The notes beneath the pieces were generated by a model, which was not told the origin of the DNA, did no database searches, and worked only from the letters and a program-made list of their open reading frames with translations. A stretch of 64,000 nt of DNA, taken from positions 36,270,001 to 36,334,000 of the forward strand of contig JBNRSN020000026.1 of assembly GCA_051313645.2 (NCBI GenBank). The letters run 5' to 3'. The position numbers and the translations under genes are program-made. This DNA is from Centroscyllium fabricii (lineage: Eukaryota). Positions 36,627-49,700 of the stretch are shown here, piece by piece. Each line of letters opens with the position of its first letter. Positions within the stretch are counted from its first letter, which is position 1.

Positions 36627-39600
36627 TGTGGCGACACGCCCACCAAGACCATCGAATCCGCCTCGGGAGTACTGCGGGGCACGGCCCCGCCCATCGGGTG
36701 ATGTGATGACGTCACCTGGACTTCCGGCGTGGTGACGTCACCAACCGCGGGCCCTTTAAATATGCCCGTTCCAGGTAGCTCACTCTCTTCGCTACCTGGC
36801 CCCTGCAGAGTAAAGCAATAAATGTGTGTTATCCAATCTCTGTCTCCAGCGTGGTTCTTCAGGCCTGCATGCACTACAGTGGTGACCTCGATACTTGGAA
36901 CGACTTCCAAGGGAACATAATGAAGCAGTTGCTGCAGGACTGAGGGCCAAGCTGCCTCAGTACACGCTCAACCAACATGCCATCAGGGAGCCAAACAGCA
37001 CGACCTCAAAGACTGGGCCAGAACTCCGGCCAAATACCAACTCTGCCAGAGTTCTGGGAGCTACGACCAGTGGCCTGGGTCCTCCGCACCGAGAACACCT
37101 ACCGCATCCATGGCGTACAGGGGGACGATCGCTACAACCTGCTCTTCGCGGCCCTATCACAGACCACGGTCGACCGAATGTGGCCAACGATACAGCATGC
37201 ACCAACCACAGGCAGGTACGAATTCCTTAAGGCTGCGCTGCTAAAGAAATTCACCCCCTCCCAGTTTGAGCGCGACTGCCAGCTCATTAACCTCCTCGAA
37301 CTCGGGGACTCAGACCCATCGGACCTCTGGGCCCAAATGGAAGCGCTCAATTGCGACCCAGCCACCATTAAGCGCACCTTGTTCCTCCTCAAACTGCCTC
37401 CCTCCATCAGACCGGCTCTGCCGATCCTCTACCACTACAGTGGAGAGCAACTGGCTGAGGAGGCCGACAAGCTGATGAGGGCCGTGCGCTCCCGGGCCGC
37501 CACTTGTGAGCCCCCTGCCACGGCACCGGAGCACCACCACGCGCACCCCAGGTCCGACCCCAAGTCTGAACCCAGGCCAGCGCGACCCCGCAAAAAGTCA
37601 CGCACAACAGGCCCCGGCTGGTGTTACTACCACACCAGATTTGAAGCTAAAGCGCAGCGCTGCGTCCAGCCCTGCACCTTCAAACCCCAGCCCAGCTCAA
37701 GCCCCACCATGTCCATTGGCCGCTCCGGAGCACTGCTCTTCGTCACGGACAGCGGCTCAGGCCTCCGCTTCCTCTGCGACACAGGCGCGCAGCACAGCAT
37801 CGTGCCAGCCTCCCACGCAGAAGCCAAGCAAGGCACCCAAGGCCCACCACTCGAAGCCGCAAACGGCTCCGAGATAGTTACGTACGGCACCCGCAAGCTC
37901 ACCATCAAGCTAGCAGGCCACACGTACCTGTGGGACTTCATCACAGCCCAAGTAAAACTACCCCTCGGGGCTGATTTTCTCTGCGCCCACGGCCTACGTG
38001 ACCCGGCGCCGCCTGGTCGACATCCACTACATGTCGACCATCCCATGCTCGACAGGGCCGGCACATCAGGCCCACGCAGCGTCCCACTGCCGAGCCCGGA
38101 ACTCAGACACGTACGGCACGCTCCTCGCGGATTTCCCAGCCCTCACCAACCCCACCTTCACAGCCCGCACGGCCAAGCACGGGGTGGAGCATCACATCAC
38201 CACCACAGGCCCTCCAGTCCATGTCCACGCACGCAGGCTGGACCCGGCCAAGCTGGAGATCGCGCGTACCGAGTTCCACATCATGGAACAACTCGGCATA
38301 ATCCGCCGCTCCAGCAGCCCCTGGGCCTCCCCCCTCCACATCGCCCCCAAGCCTGGCGGTGGCTGGCGCCCCTGCGGAGACTACCGCCGCCTCAACAACG
38401 CCACCACCCCAGACAGGTACCCCGTCCCCCACATCCAAGATTTCTCAGCAAGGCTAGCTGGCTGCACGGTCTTTTCAAAGATCGACCTGGTACGGGGCTA
38501 CCACCAGGTACCAGTGCACCCGGCGGACGTCCCCAAGACAGCCGTCATTACCCCTTTTGGCCTTTTCCAGTTTCTCCGAATGCCGTTCGGACTCAAAAAC
38601 GCAGCCCAGGCCTTCCAACGCCTCATGGACTCAGTCCTACGGGACTTGCAGTTCACGTTCGTCTACATGGACGACATCCTCGTGGCCAGCACCTCACCCC
38701 AGGAACACCTCCTCCATCTCAGGACCCTGTTTAAACGCCTGGTCGAACACGGCCTCACATTAAGCCCCTCCAAATGTCGGTTCGGCCTCGAGACAATCGA
38801 CTTCCTAGGCCACCGCATTTCCCAGACCGGGGCCATACCCCTGCCCTCCAAGGTGCAGGCGGTGCAGGAATTCCCCCGCCCGCACTCCATCAAGGGGCTG
38901 CAGGAATTCCTCGGGATGGTTAATTTCTATAACCGCTTCATCCCAGAAGCAGCCGCTCTCATGGCACCCCTCTATCAAGCCACCCGCGGGCAGTCCAACA
39001 AGGCTGTGGTCGAGTGGACGGCCGAAGCCACCACCGCCTTCACCGCAACCAAAACCGCCCTGGCCAACGCCACGCTCCTAGCCCACCCTAGGCCCAACGC
39101 CAGAGTGGCCCTCACCACCGACGCCTCCGACCACGCTGTCGGAGCGGTCTACGAGCAGTGGACAAGCAACTCCGGCCCCCGGAGGTCAAGTACAGCGCCT
39201 TAGATAGGGAGCTACTCGCTCTCTACCTCGCAGTGCGCCACTTCCGCTTCCTCTCAAGAGGGCCGCCACTTTACAGCCTTCGTGGATCACAAGCCACTTG
39301 TGTCTGCAATGGCTAAGATCGCCAAACCCTGGTCGGCCAGGCAGCAGCGACAGCTCGCGGCCGTGTCGGAGTTTACCACCGACATACAACACATCGCCGG
39401 CCGCGACAACGTGGTCGCTGACTGCCTGTCACGTCCCACCATCAACTCCGTACAAACGGCGGTCGACTACGCCAAACTGGCGGCCGACCAACTGACCGAC
39501 CCGGATCTGCTCGACCCAGCTACCAACCTCCCCGGCCTGCACTTGGCCACTGTAGCACACGGGCCCACAGCCACAGCGGTCCGCTGCGACGTCTCCCTCC

Positions 39601-41124
39601 CGCAGCCCAGACCCGTCGTCCCCCACGCATGGAGGAGACATCTTCCAGACCCTTCATGGCCTGTCCCACCCAGGCACCCGCACGTCCACCAAGCTGATTT
39701 CGGCACGTTTCGTCTGGCGCGGCCTGCGCAAGAATGTCCGCGCCTGGACCAACGCCTGCACTGCCTGCCAGCGCGCCAAGGTGCACAAACACATCAAGGC
39801 ACCACTAGAAACTTTCACCATCCCAGCTAGACGCTTCGGCCACATCGACCTGGTCGGACCACTACCGCCATCACGGGGACACACACACGTCATGACAATG
39901 GTCGACCGCAGCACCCGCTGGCCAGAAGCGGTCCCACTCATCGCTACCACCACCGCGGACCTGGCCAGGGCCTTCATCGCCACCTGGGTCGCACGTTTCG
40001 GCATACCCACCGACATCACGTCGGACAGGGGCCCCCAATTCACCTCAACACTATGGGCGACCTCGGGGTAACCCTGCACCGAACCACCGCCTACCACCCA
40101 CAGGCCAACGGCCTCTGCGAACGGTTCCACCGCTCCATCAAAGCTTCCCTGCGGGCCAGTCTCAAGGACGCAACCTGGACCGACCGCCTGCCCTGGGTAA
40201 TGCTCGGCCTGCGCTGAGCGGCCAAGGAAGACCTACACGCCTCAGCGGTGGAACTAGTCTACGGCCAACCCCTAACCGTGCCAGGCGAGTTCCTCGCAGA
40301 ACCCAACGCTCCCTGGTCAGCTGACCGGTGCCTCAAAGAGTTCAACAACCAGGCAGGAGTGTTCAAACCACTACCGGTGGCCCGGCACGGAGAGCCGGCA
40401 GCACGTGTTCCAGACGGCATCAAGAACGCCGAATGTGTTTGTCCGCCACGACGCACATCGAACACCACTACAGCCACCGTACGACGGACCGTACAGAGTG
40501 CGTCGGGCGGGGCCCAAGACATTTGAAATCAAAATGGGCAACAGAACTGAAACGGTCTCCATTGACCGGCTCAAACCGGCACATGTAATGGCGGGTGAGA
40601 CAACAGTCCCCGCGCAGCCACCAAAACGCGGACGCCCTACCGCACCAAAACCCGCCCACACTCCCACGCAGAACAAGGAGCAGCGCACGACACGTGCCGG
40701 CCGCATCATCCGGCCACCGCAACGCCTCGCTTGAGACTCATCTTTTAGTCTCCCTTTTTTAATTTTAACTTTATGCTCCCTTTTTTTATTTTCACTTTAT
40801 TGTCCCTCAGATTCTGGGGGGGGGGGGTGGGGGTGGGGGAGCTGTGTGGCGACACGCCCACCAAGACCATCGAATCCGTCTTGGGAGTACTGCGGGGCAC
40901 GGCCCCGCCCATCGGGTGACGTGATGACGTCGCCGCGACTTCCGGCGTGATGACATCACCGGGACTTCCGGCGTGGTGATGTCACCAACCGCAGGCCCTT
41001 TAAATATGCCCGTTCCAGGTAGCTCGCTCTCTTCGCTACCTGGCCCCTGCAGAGTAAAGCAATAAATGTGTGTTATCCAATCTCACTGTCTCCAGCGTGG
41101 TTCTTCAGGCCTGCATGCACTACA
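36627..41124 (+). mobile_element. Full-length Ty3/Gypsy LTR retrotransposon, CsRn1/Kabuki-type, antisense in the last VAT1 intron
   Basis: LTRs 36627-36878 and 40845-41124 (TG...CA); 4-bp TSD GTGC (36623-36626 and 41125-41128); PBS TGGTGACCTCGA at 36880; G-rich PPT ~40816-40841; domain order PR-RT-RH-IN. Confidence 0.95.
36977..40734 (+). pseudogene. Disrupted gag-pol of the Gypsy element
   Basis: Gag LPEFW and CYYH-x9-C-x3-C (37622-37675); protease FLCDTGA; RT PWASP, CGDYRRLN, YMDD (38664-38675); RNase H TTDASD; integrase HIDLVGP and SDRGPQF; GPY/F LQPPYDGPY. Several frameshifts and an in-frame TGA at ~40215. Confidence 0.92.
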
Positions 41125-41164
41125 GTGCGAACATTTCACATTCTCAAGACCTCCCAAAGTTCTT

Positions 41165-41299
41165 NNNNNNNNNNNNNNNNNNNNNNNNNNNNNNNNNNNN
41201 NNNNNNNNNNNNNNNNNNNNNNNNNNNNNNNNNNNNNNNNNNNNNNNNNNNNNNNNNNNNNNNNNNNNNNNNNNNNNNNNNNNNNNNNNNNNNNNNNNN
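41165..41299. other. Assembly gap (N run)
   Basis: 135 consecutive N. Confidence 1.
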
Positions 41300-42296
41300 A
41301 TATTTTTGATATATAAAACACATATGCTACAAAACAAACACATTTAACTAAAATGCATCAGAGAAAAGGTCAGCGCTGCACTGAGGGCTTCCTTTGTGGC
41401 AATGCTACAAAAATCAGTTAAGATGTAGTTAAGCAGGTTCTAAAGTGAAAATTCACCACATTAGTCAATACTCGGCTTACAAAAGGATGTTGTAAAGAGG
41501 ATGTTGTAAAGAGTTTTTCTAAATACTATTTGCGGTGCAGTGGGGGGGGGGGGGGGGGGACACACTCCAAACAGGGAACTAAAAGCATACAAAGTCTCTG
41601 TCCATCAACCTTCCACTGTTGCCTTTTTCATTCCCTCCAACCCCACACCCCCAACTTTGACCCTGGCTTCAGTTACTCTATTTATTCTTCTCTTTCTCCA
41701 CCCCCAAGGTATTCTCTTCAAGACAGTGACTCATGCTTTGGGTATAGTTCCTTAGCCACTGGCAAGTCTACATTAAAACAGTGACTATTCAGAAAAGTAC
41801 TAATTGGCTGTAAAGCACTTTGTATACCATCTTTCATAACCACAGGATGTTCCAATGTGCAGAAGAGATTTACTAAAATGATACGAGGGTCGAGGGACCT
41901 CAAGTTATGTGGAGAGTCTGGAGAAACTTAGAGCAGAGGTGGTCAAGAAGATTGGATAGGTGTTCAAAAATCATGAAGGAAAATCATGAAGGGTTTTGAC
42001 AAGAGTAAATAAAGAGAAATTATTTCCAATGGTAGCAAGGTCAGTAATCATTTTATTTTTTATATATATATCTATCTGGAATGCGCTGCCTGAAAGGGTG
42101 GCAGAGGCAGATTAAAGAGTAACTTCAAAAGGGGAATTGGATAAATACTAGATAGCTTTTATTTGAAAAAAAATAAAAAATTATGGGTAAGAGCAGAGGA
42201 AAGACTATTTGAATAGGTCTACCAAAGAAATACCAAATAGGCACAAGGGACAGATTGGTCTGGTCTCCTTCAATGCTGTATCATTTTATGATTCCA

Positions 42297-42750
42297 GGGG
42301 AGGCGGTGGCATAGTGGTTATGTCACTGGACTAGCAAGAGGCTCAGTCAAATGCTCTGAGGATATGTGTTCAAATCCCACCACGGCAGCTGGTGGAATTT
42401 AAATTCAGTTCAATTTAATTCTGGAATTAAATGTTAGTCTTAGTAATGGCAACCATGATACCATTGTCGATTGTTGCAAAAACCCATCTGGTTCACTAAT
42501 GTCCTTTAGGGAAGGAAATCTGCCATCCTTACCTGGTCTGGCCTACATGTGACTCCAGACCCACAGCAATGTGGTTGACTCTTAATGCCCTCTGAAATGG
42601 CCTAGCAAGCCACTCAGTTGTAAACAACCACTACGAAAAACAATAAGACTGCTGCGGTTCAAGCAGGCAGCTCACCATCTTCAAGGCAATTAGAGATGGG
42701 CACTAAAATGCAGACCTAGCCAGTGATGCCCACATCCAATCAACGAATAA
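42297..42750 (+). mobile_element. tRNA-headed SINE (second family) with LINE-derived tail
   Basis: A-box-like GGTGGCATAGTGGT and B-box-like GTTCAAATCC; body GGTTCACTAATGTCCTTTAGGGAAGGAAATCTGCC, with degraded relatives near 14340 and 51000. Confidence 0.7.
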
Positions 42751-43350
42751 TTTTTTTAATTTTTTTTTTTTTTTTTTTTTTTAATGCAAGCTTACTCCAG
42801 TGGCCATTCTTCATTTGTAAAACTGGGATAGTTTTGGCAGGCTATTTAAACTATGGGCAATACAGCCAAGCCCAATCCAAGCTCGTCACTGGACAGTACT
42901 CAAGTGGAAACATTGGCTTGCTTTTCTCTTCTAGCTTGGGGACACCAAAGCCATTTGCAATACTCGGTCACTGCCCCAGCCGAGATCAGCACAGCACAGG
43001 TATCTTGATCACAAGTGCAAACAGGTTTATTTTACAGAGGGGGCTGCTGAATGAGGATGGGAAGCAAAAAAAGAAAAAAGGCTTGGGTCGGACTAAAGTG
43101 CAGATATACTTCTCGGGATGATGCGGTGGTCAAATAGTCTTGCCAGCACTCACTGCCAAGGTTCGCACATAAATAACAGGCACTTGGGGAAAACATTGGA
43201 ACAGAATCCCAGCATGAAGAAACAAAAATAAAAAGGAAGCTGGTGGATGTCAATTATTTACAAACTGGTAACAGTGGAGATTTGGATCGACCATTATATA
43301 TTACCACCGCGAAGGCAAATCAGGCCAAGTTTGTTAATGAAATTGCTTAC

Positions 43351-43583
43351 CTGGTCAAATGACCACACAGAGTCCACTCTAGGTTTGATTTTCCCTTCCT
43401 TGTACAGAGAAAGCAGCTGGTCGATAACATCTGCAACCTGGTCAACCTCAAGGATGCCCAAATGATAGCCACACACAGCTTTGCTGGAGTTCACCAGCTG
43501 TTGGCTACTAATACTGAACTTATTCCACCAGAGCTTTGCAACGGTTAATGGGCTGTGTTTCTGGCCAGTCATATTTGCGGCAC
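43351..43583 (-). CDS. VAT1: VAT1 coding exon (penultimate)
   Basis: ttttcag|GT...CAG|gtaagc; encodes GAANMTGQKHSPLTVAKLWWNKFS...KAVCGYHLG...GKIKPRVDSVWSFDQ. Confidence 0.93.
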
Positions 43584-44819
43584 CTGAAAAACACATCAAT
43601 TCCAAAGCAATTATAACAGAAATAAACTGGAAAAAAAAGGGAATGTGCATTATACAGGAGACACGCAACAGATAGCCCTCAAAGCCAATTATGCTTGAAA
43701 AGACACTTCTGCTTGAACAGTTAGTCATTGTGAATCTTTAAATGCTTCCCATGTCGAGCAAAATCCAAACCAGAGCAGCACAACATCCCATCTGAAGGAT
43801 GGATTGACCAGGTCGTGCCATTTCAGTCATACCCCTCTGCCAGCTATATCTATAGTATGTACACATTACACATGGCAAACACTAGAAACTCCCTTAAGAG
43901 TTTTGTAAACATTTGATGTTCATTCTAAGCCACTCTACATAACCGCTCAGCCTGCAATGTAGCAGCCTTTGTCTTCTTGCTACAAGAATTAGTGTTCTGG
44001 CACGTGGGACAAGCCAGAGACTTTGCTCTACTCCTCCGCCATGCCATTCCCCTCATTTATAAGCAAAGAACAAATGCTGCTCTTTACAAGACTAGATTCA
44101 TTTGCTAGTAATTGTACTCAAAATATCCACTGCATTCCCATTAAAGTGCCAGGGCTGCAAGGTCAATTTGACAACTCAAGAGAATAAACATCGAACTCAT
44201 GTGCGTCGTTGAGCGTCATAGCGACGAAGAGTGTAGAAGCCGGTCAGAGTTGCTAATCACGTGAACATTTTGCAATGTTGATTGGATGGAACACCCCCCC
44301 TCCCCCCTCACTGGTCTGGCTAAACTTCATTGCCCCACATTCATCCAAATGGTTTGTTTCACCAAGTCTGCTTAGCAGTGGGGGAAAAAAAAAAAACCAC
44401 ACCACACAAATGAACAAAATTTTCACCCGCAGAAGACAGACAAAAAAAAGTGCCAGTATACACAGGGGCAGAAAGAGAGAGAAGGGGGTAGGTAACAAAC
44501 ATCAGTGCCGGCATTAACTGGTCGGGGCAAGGGGGCGGAATTAGTGCCTCCATATTAGAGACAACCATAAAACAATTTCAGAAGTGCCAATACATAGCCA
44601 TAATACCTACAATTTCTCTACGTAATGAAGGAAAAGATTTTTTGCCTCAATCTTCTGCTATACAAGTTATGGAATGTTGGGTTTAGGTTTCTGCCTGATT
44701 TAATTATATCAAGCCTGTGCCCCACTAACTATACATCATAGGCCCATATTCAGGCTACTTGAGAGTTTACAGTTGCCATTTATGTAACCATTTTTAAGTT
44801 CAGAGACGATTCATTTGGT

Positions 44820-45268
44820 TAACTCCAGAGAAAAAGGGGGTTGACTTATGAGGAAAGGTTGAGCCTATACTCATTGGAATTTAGAAGAATGAGAGGTGAT
44901 CTTATCAAAACATAAGATACGGAGGGGGCTCGACAGGGTCGATGCAGAGAGGATGTTTTCCCCTAGTGGGGAAATCTAGAACATGGGGGCACAGTTTTAG
45001 AATAAAGGGTCGCCCTTTTAGAACAGACATGAGGAGGAATTTCTTGAGGGTAGTAAATCTATGGAATTCTCTGCTCCAGCTGTGGAGGCTGGATCATTAA
45101 ATACATTTAAGGTGGAGAGAGACAGAATTTTGCAAGATAAGGGAGTGAAGAATTATGGGGAGCGGGCGGGGAAGTGGCTTTGAGCCCAAGATCAGCCATG
45201 ATCTTATTAAATGGCGGAGCAGGCTCAAGGGACCAAGTGGCCTATTCCTGCACCTAATTGTTATGTTC
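44820..45268 (+). mobile_element. CR1 LINE 3' fragment
   Basis: TTATGAGGAAAGGTTGAG...TTTAGAAGAATGAGAGGTGATCT (FRRMRGDL) followed by a CR1 tail. Confidence 0.8.
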
Positions 45269-45757
45269 AAAGCCTCTGAAATGGGATTGCCAAGTTTGGG
45301 GTATTTTTCCTCATGTGGGATCATGCTAGCCAAGAACTGGGATGAAACCGGTCCAAATCACTCATGCAGAATCTACAAGGTGAAGAGACCCTCAGTTCAG
45401 CAGTCAGGTACAAATTAAAGAGAGCCTTGAAGCAAAGGGTTAAAAAGTGCTTAGCCAGTACGCCTCCAGTGCCCCCACCCTCCCTTCCACCCCCACCCTC
45501 CCTTCCCAACAGAATACATTTAACAGCAGGCAAGTGTATCTGAACACTTGAACACAGCTCAACACAAGCTTTCCATTGACTTAAAATGACTCACTACATA
45601 CTTTATAAATTGCTTTTAAGACATCCAGCATATAATGGCTCCCTGGTTTCCAAATAGTCAATTGTTTTTGACAGATGCATATAATATTTTATTCAGTACA
45701 AATTGCCTACTCTCAAATGAACAGTTCCAGGGATATCATGAATTAACCACAAGGTTC

Positions 45758-46725
45758 ATAAGAACATAATAGGAGCAGGCCAATCGGCCCCTCGAGCCTG
45801 CTCCGCCATTCAATAAGATCACGGCTGATCTGATCCCAACCTCAAATCTACTTTCACTCTCCATCACGCCCAAACCCATGTGATCTCCCAGAAGAGGTGA
45901 AAAAACCTGATTAAAAAAAAAGTTGCCAATTTGGGAGGAAAAAAATCTGGGAAATTCCTCAGACCCTAGGCGATCGAAACTCGTCCAGGAGATCACGCTG
46001 GCTCCGAATTTCCTGCAGAACCTACCTTCTCTAAGACGTGAGCAGGCCACACGGCACACAGGCCCACTCAGCCACCCACAGGAACATTGCCGATCTGAAC
46101 CTAGACTCACGTCCACTTACCTGCCGGTTCACTAACACCTAATTTCCTTTACTTCTAGGAAACAGTCTAGCTTAGTTTTAAATGTATTCAATGTTGTAGC
46201 TTCCACAGCTCTCTGGGGCAGCAAATACCACAGACCTACCACCCTCTGAGTGAAGACGTTTCTCGTCATCAGTTTTGAAAGGGCAGCCCCTAATTTTAAG
46301 ATTATGCCCCCCTAGTTTTAGTTTCACCCACCATTGGGAACATCCTCACCACATCCACCCAATCAAGCCCCTTCACAATCTTGTATGTTTCAATAAGATC
46401 GCCTCTCATTCTTCTGAACTCCAATGAGTAGAGGCCAAATCTACTCAACCTCTCCTCACCGAGTGAACCTTCTTTGTACTGCCTCGCGAGCAAGTATGTC
46501 TTTTCTTAAATATGGAAACCAGAACTGTATGCAGTATTACAGGTGTGGTCTCACCAATACCCTGTCAACTGCAGCAAGACCTCCCTGTTTTTATGCTCCA
46601 TCCCCTTAGCAATAAAAGCTAACATTCCATTGGCCTCCCTGATCACCTACATACCTCCAGTTTCCTGCACCAGGACCCCCAGATCTCTTTGTACTGAAGT
46701 ACTTTCCAGTTTCTTTCCATTAGAT
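45758..46725 (-). mobile_element. CR1 LINE 3' fragments (composite tails)
   Basis: Minus-strand ERLSRFGLYSLEFRRMRGDLIETYKIVKGLD; a CR1 tail at 45758-45850 is joined to a second 3'UTR type. A similar minus-strand fragment lies at ~49559-50060. Confidence 0.75.
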
Positions 46726-49700
46726 AATAACTCAATTGAGTTGGGCTGCATCGGGGCTGCGAGCAGCTTGATTGACAGTTCCAGCACTGGTTGACCACCG
46801 GTCCCATGGAAACACTCCACTGTGACATCACAGTGGAGTGGAACCAATGGGAACGCTCAAGTGCTGGTGACTGACGGGCGGGCGGGCTCCGAATTCTTGA
46901 CCGCTTACCTACCAATTAAGGAGGCTGCAAGTGTGCAACATGAATTCAAAGAATATTGGATTCCTATGACCATACAACTTGTACCGCAAGTACTATATTG
47001 CTTAGGCTTCAAGAGTTAATATACAGTAAAGAATATGCTGGAGACAGGGGCCAAGAATGGAACCAGTGAAAGCAAGTCACATTCCAATCTAACTTTGGAT
47101 GTGAAACAGATGTCCGGTGTCAAGCCACAAAGAGGGGAACAAAATACACTAACTGATCCAGGAAATAAAATGTTATGTATTGGTTGTACGCAGCAAAAGT
47201 AAATTTTGTAAGTTCGAAAACCAGGGGACAGAATAATGACTGGGCAGAAGGAAATGGACTCAAGTCGGATTTACTGCTGATAGTGAATTGAAAGCCTCAT
47301 TAATCTCAAATTAATACTTTCACATCAGAGAAGTAAATAATTTTTTTTTTTTTTTTTTTTTTTTTTTTCAAATCACGTTTATTCTTGTTGACATTTATAT
47401 TTTAGACATCACAGCACCTTCAAAACTAGACGGACTAGCCCAAAACTGGGCAGGTGACAACACTAGCCTCTCAAAGCGGATACATCACAAACATACGACA
47501 AAAATGCATGGTTAAAGTAACCTCCCCCTTAGGGAGCGGTTTACATTTTAATCTAGGCAAGCTACCAAAAACCAGCTCCACTGTACAAGAAACATCTCGG
47601 GTCACATACAACTGTTTAATGAACATTTCCTGGCTTTATTTCAATATTTGTTTTGGAGCTATTGCATTTTTATCCTTGCACTGAACGAAACGAAGTGAAC
47701 ACTAGCTTGCCTACAAAGCCCCCCCTCCAAATGATTTATACTTTTGGAAGCTACACCATTGCAAAGCCAGGTACAAATACAGGCTGCAGGCTTCCACTCC
47801 CCTGTACACATTTTTCCTGTTGCTTTTCACAATGTACAACACACCATTCCTGCTCCTTCCCCTCCCATATAAATGTTGGATCACACAGCAACAAAGGCAT
47901 CCTGTACATGGAACCGAGGGGGGAAAAAGAAAGTCTCCAGAGGGAGCCATGGAGGAGGAGGTTTAGCAAATTTCCAGAGAAAACAATATTGTCGTCATGA
48001 GTAATTAGGCTTGCCCTCACCATATTGACTGGCCCTCACCATATTGACTACCATCATTAAACAAATGCTAAGAATCACCATGTTTTTCCACTAGCCACTG
48101 TAGTGGCATTATAAAATCATTTAATAAATGCATATTGGCAGCTTTTTTAATTACCCGATCAAAAATAAAAACCTGTCCACCAGACCCAAGCCAAACTGAT
48201 CAACTGGTCATTTATACAAATGTTTGTGGGATCTTGCTCTGCACAACCTGACTAATGTTTGGCTACAACAGTGCCTGCCCTTCAAAATAAAATAACACAG
48301 TATGTGAAGCATTTGCTAAAAAAAAGTGGTGGAAAGGCACGACACCAAGTGCAAACTATTTCCGTCAGGCATTCATTGACCAACCATCATGCACCATAGA
48401 GTTCATTACTGCCAAGCATTCTGGGGGATGCTACTTAGTCTATGCCTGCATTAGTAAATGCTGCCCAGAACATCTCTGCTAAAGGTAATTCAGTAAAGCT
48501 CAAGTCACTAGAATATACAAGCACAGATTTTCTGATAAATGTAGAAAAGGGGGAAATAAAATGGGGTTGAGCTACCAAATTGCACAAACACCTGCAGCAG
48601 AGGGCTGGCCTAGCCCAATTTTCCCCAATGGGAACCCACCCTCTTGTTTGAATAGGCTACAGGTACAGTTAGAGCTTAAACCTGCAGCACACTTGGCTGG
48701 GGACAGGAAATTTTGGTGAAGGCGACGCACTTGAAAAGGGCTGCCGCTAGTCATAAAAGGGGAAGTTGTGGTGGGGATAGAATGCAACTGATCAATGGGG
48801 GACAGCAAAGACACTTGAGCGACACTACTCCCAGCCACGTTGGAGGCTCTGCTGCAGGAAGTGCACTAAAAAAGGAATGGATGCTTTAGTAGAGGTACTC
48901 CAGTAAGAGTACAGGTGCTAGCTACGTTTACAGAAGCTCCCTAGCTGCAAAATAAGGATGAATTATGTTGGCATCAGGGAAGAGTAAATATGTTCACATT
49001 TGACATTTCTTCTGGGACCCATCGAGCATATTTCCAAGTACGTAGGGATTGCGGCCAGAAATGCTGGTTCAGGGGTCATGACAGGTGCAGACAGAGCCCC
49101 TCAGGTGTTGTTCCCCCCCACTCCCAGGTGAGGAGAGAGAAAGGGAACAGACCCGCCGGGAATGGCAGGCACAAACCTGCATCCCATCAAGCTATGCCAC
49201 AGGGTACCATTCCCAAAAGTCTCACTTTTTACAATTCATTTAAAATAAAATAGCATGCACCAAACAGGTTTAAAATGGGCAATAGCCAAACAATACAGAC
49301 TAGGATCAACCCCTAGTCACTACTGAACAGGTGGACATTCAGCCAGAATGCTACAGTCGACCCAATCACCCCTAGATTATGGAAAGAGGGAGCCTCCAAT
49401 GTTCCCACTTCAGTTATTGACAAATGACCCTATTGGAATTGCACACATGGCAAATGCAGGCATGCACAGGATTGGATTTGGCCACGACTTCAGCCAGCCT
49501 GAAAATGGCAATTTGAGTAAATACCAAAGGGTGCCCCTAGACGCCCACTAGCAAAAAACAGAATAGGAGTTGGAGTCGGCCATTTGGCCTTCAAGCCTGC
49601 ACCACCATTCAACAAGGTCATGACTGATCTTCTACCTCAACTCTACCTCCCTGCATTATCCCCATATCCCTTAATTTCCAAAAAATTATCAACCTCTGTC

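Noticed and set aside
36977-38734. 585-aa ORF as an intact or domesticated gag-derived gene
   Set aside because: After the protease it runs out of frame over the RT (Pro/His-rich nonsense), the element has multiple lesions, and both LTRs and the TSD remain.
41066-41347. ORFs spanning the N run
   Set aside because: Artefacts of translating through an assembly gap.
46110-46130. U1 snRNA-like ACTTACCTG
   Set aside because: Only 9 nt match, with no further U1 sequence, and it lies within CR1-derived DNA.
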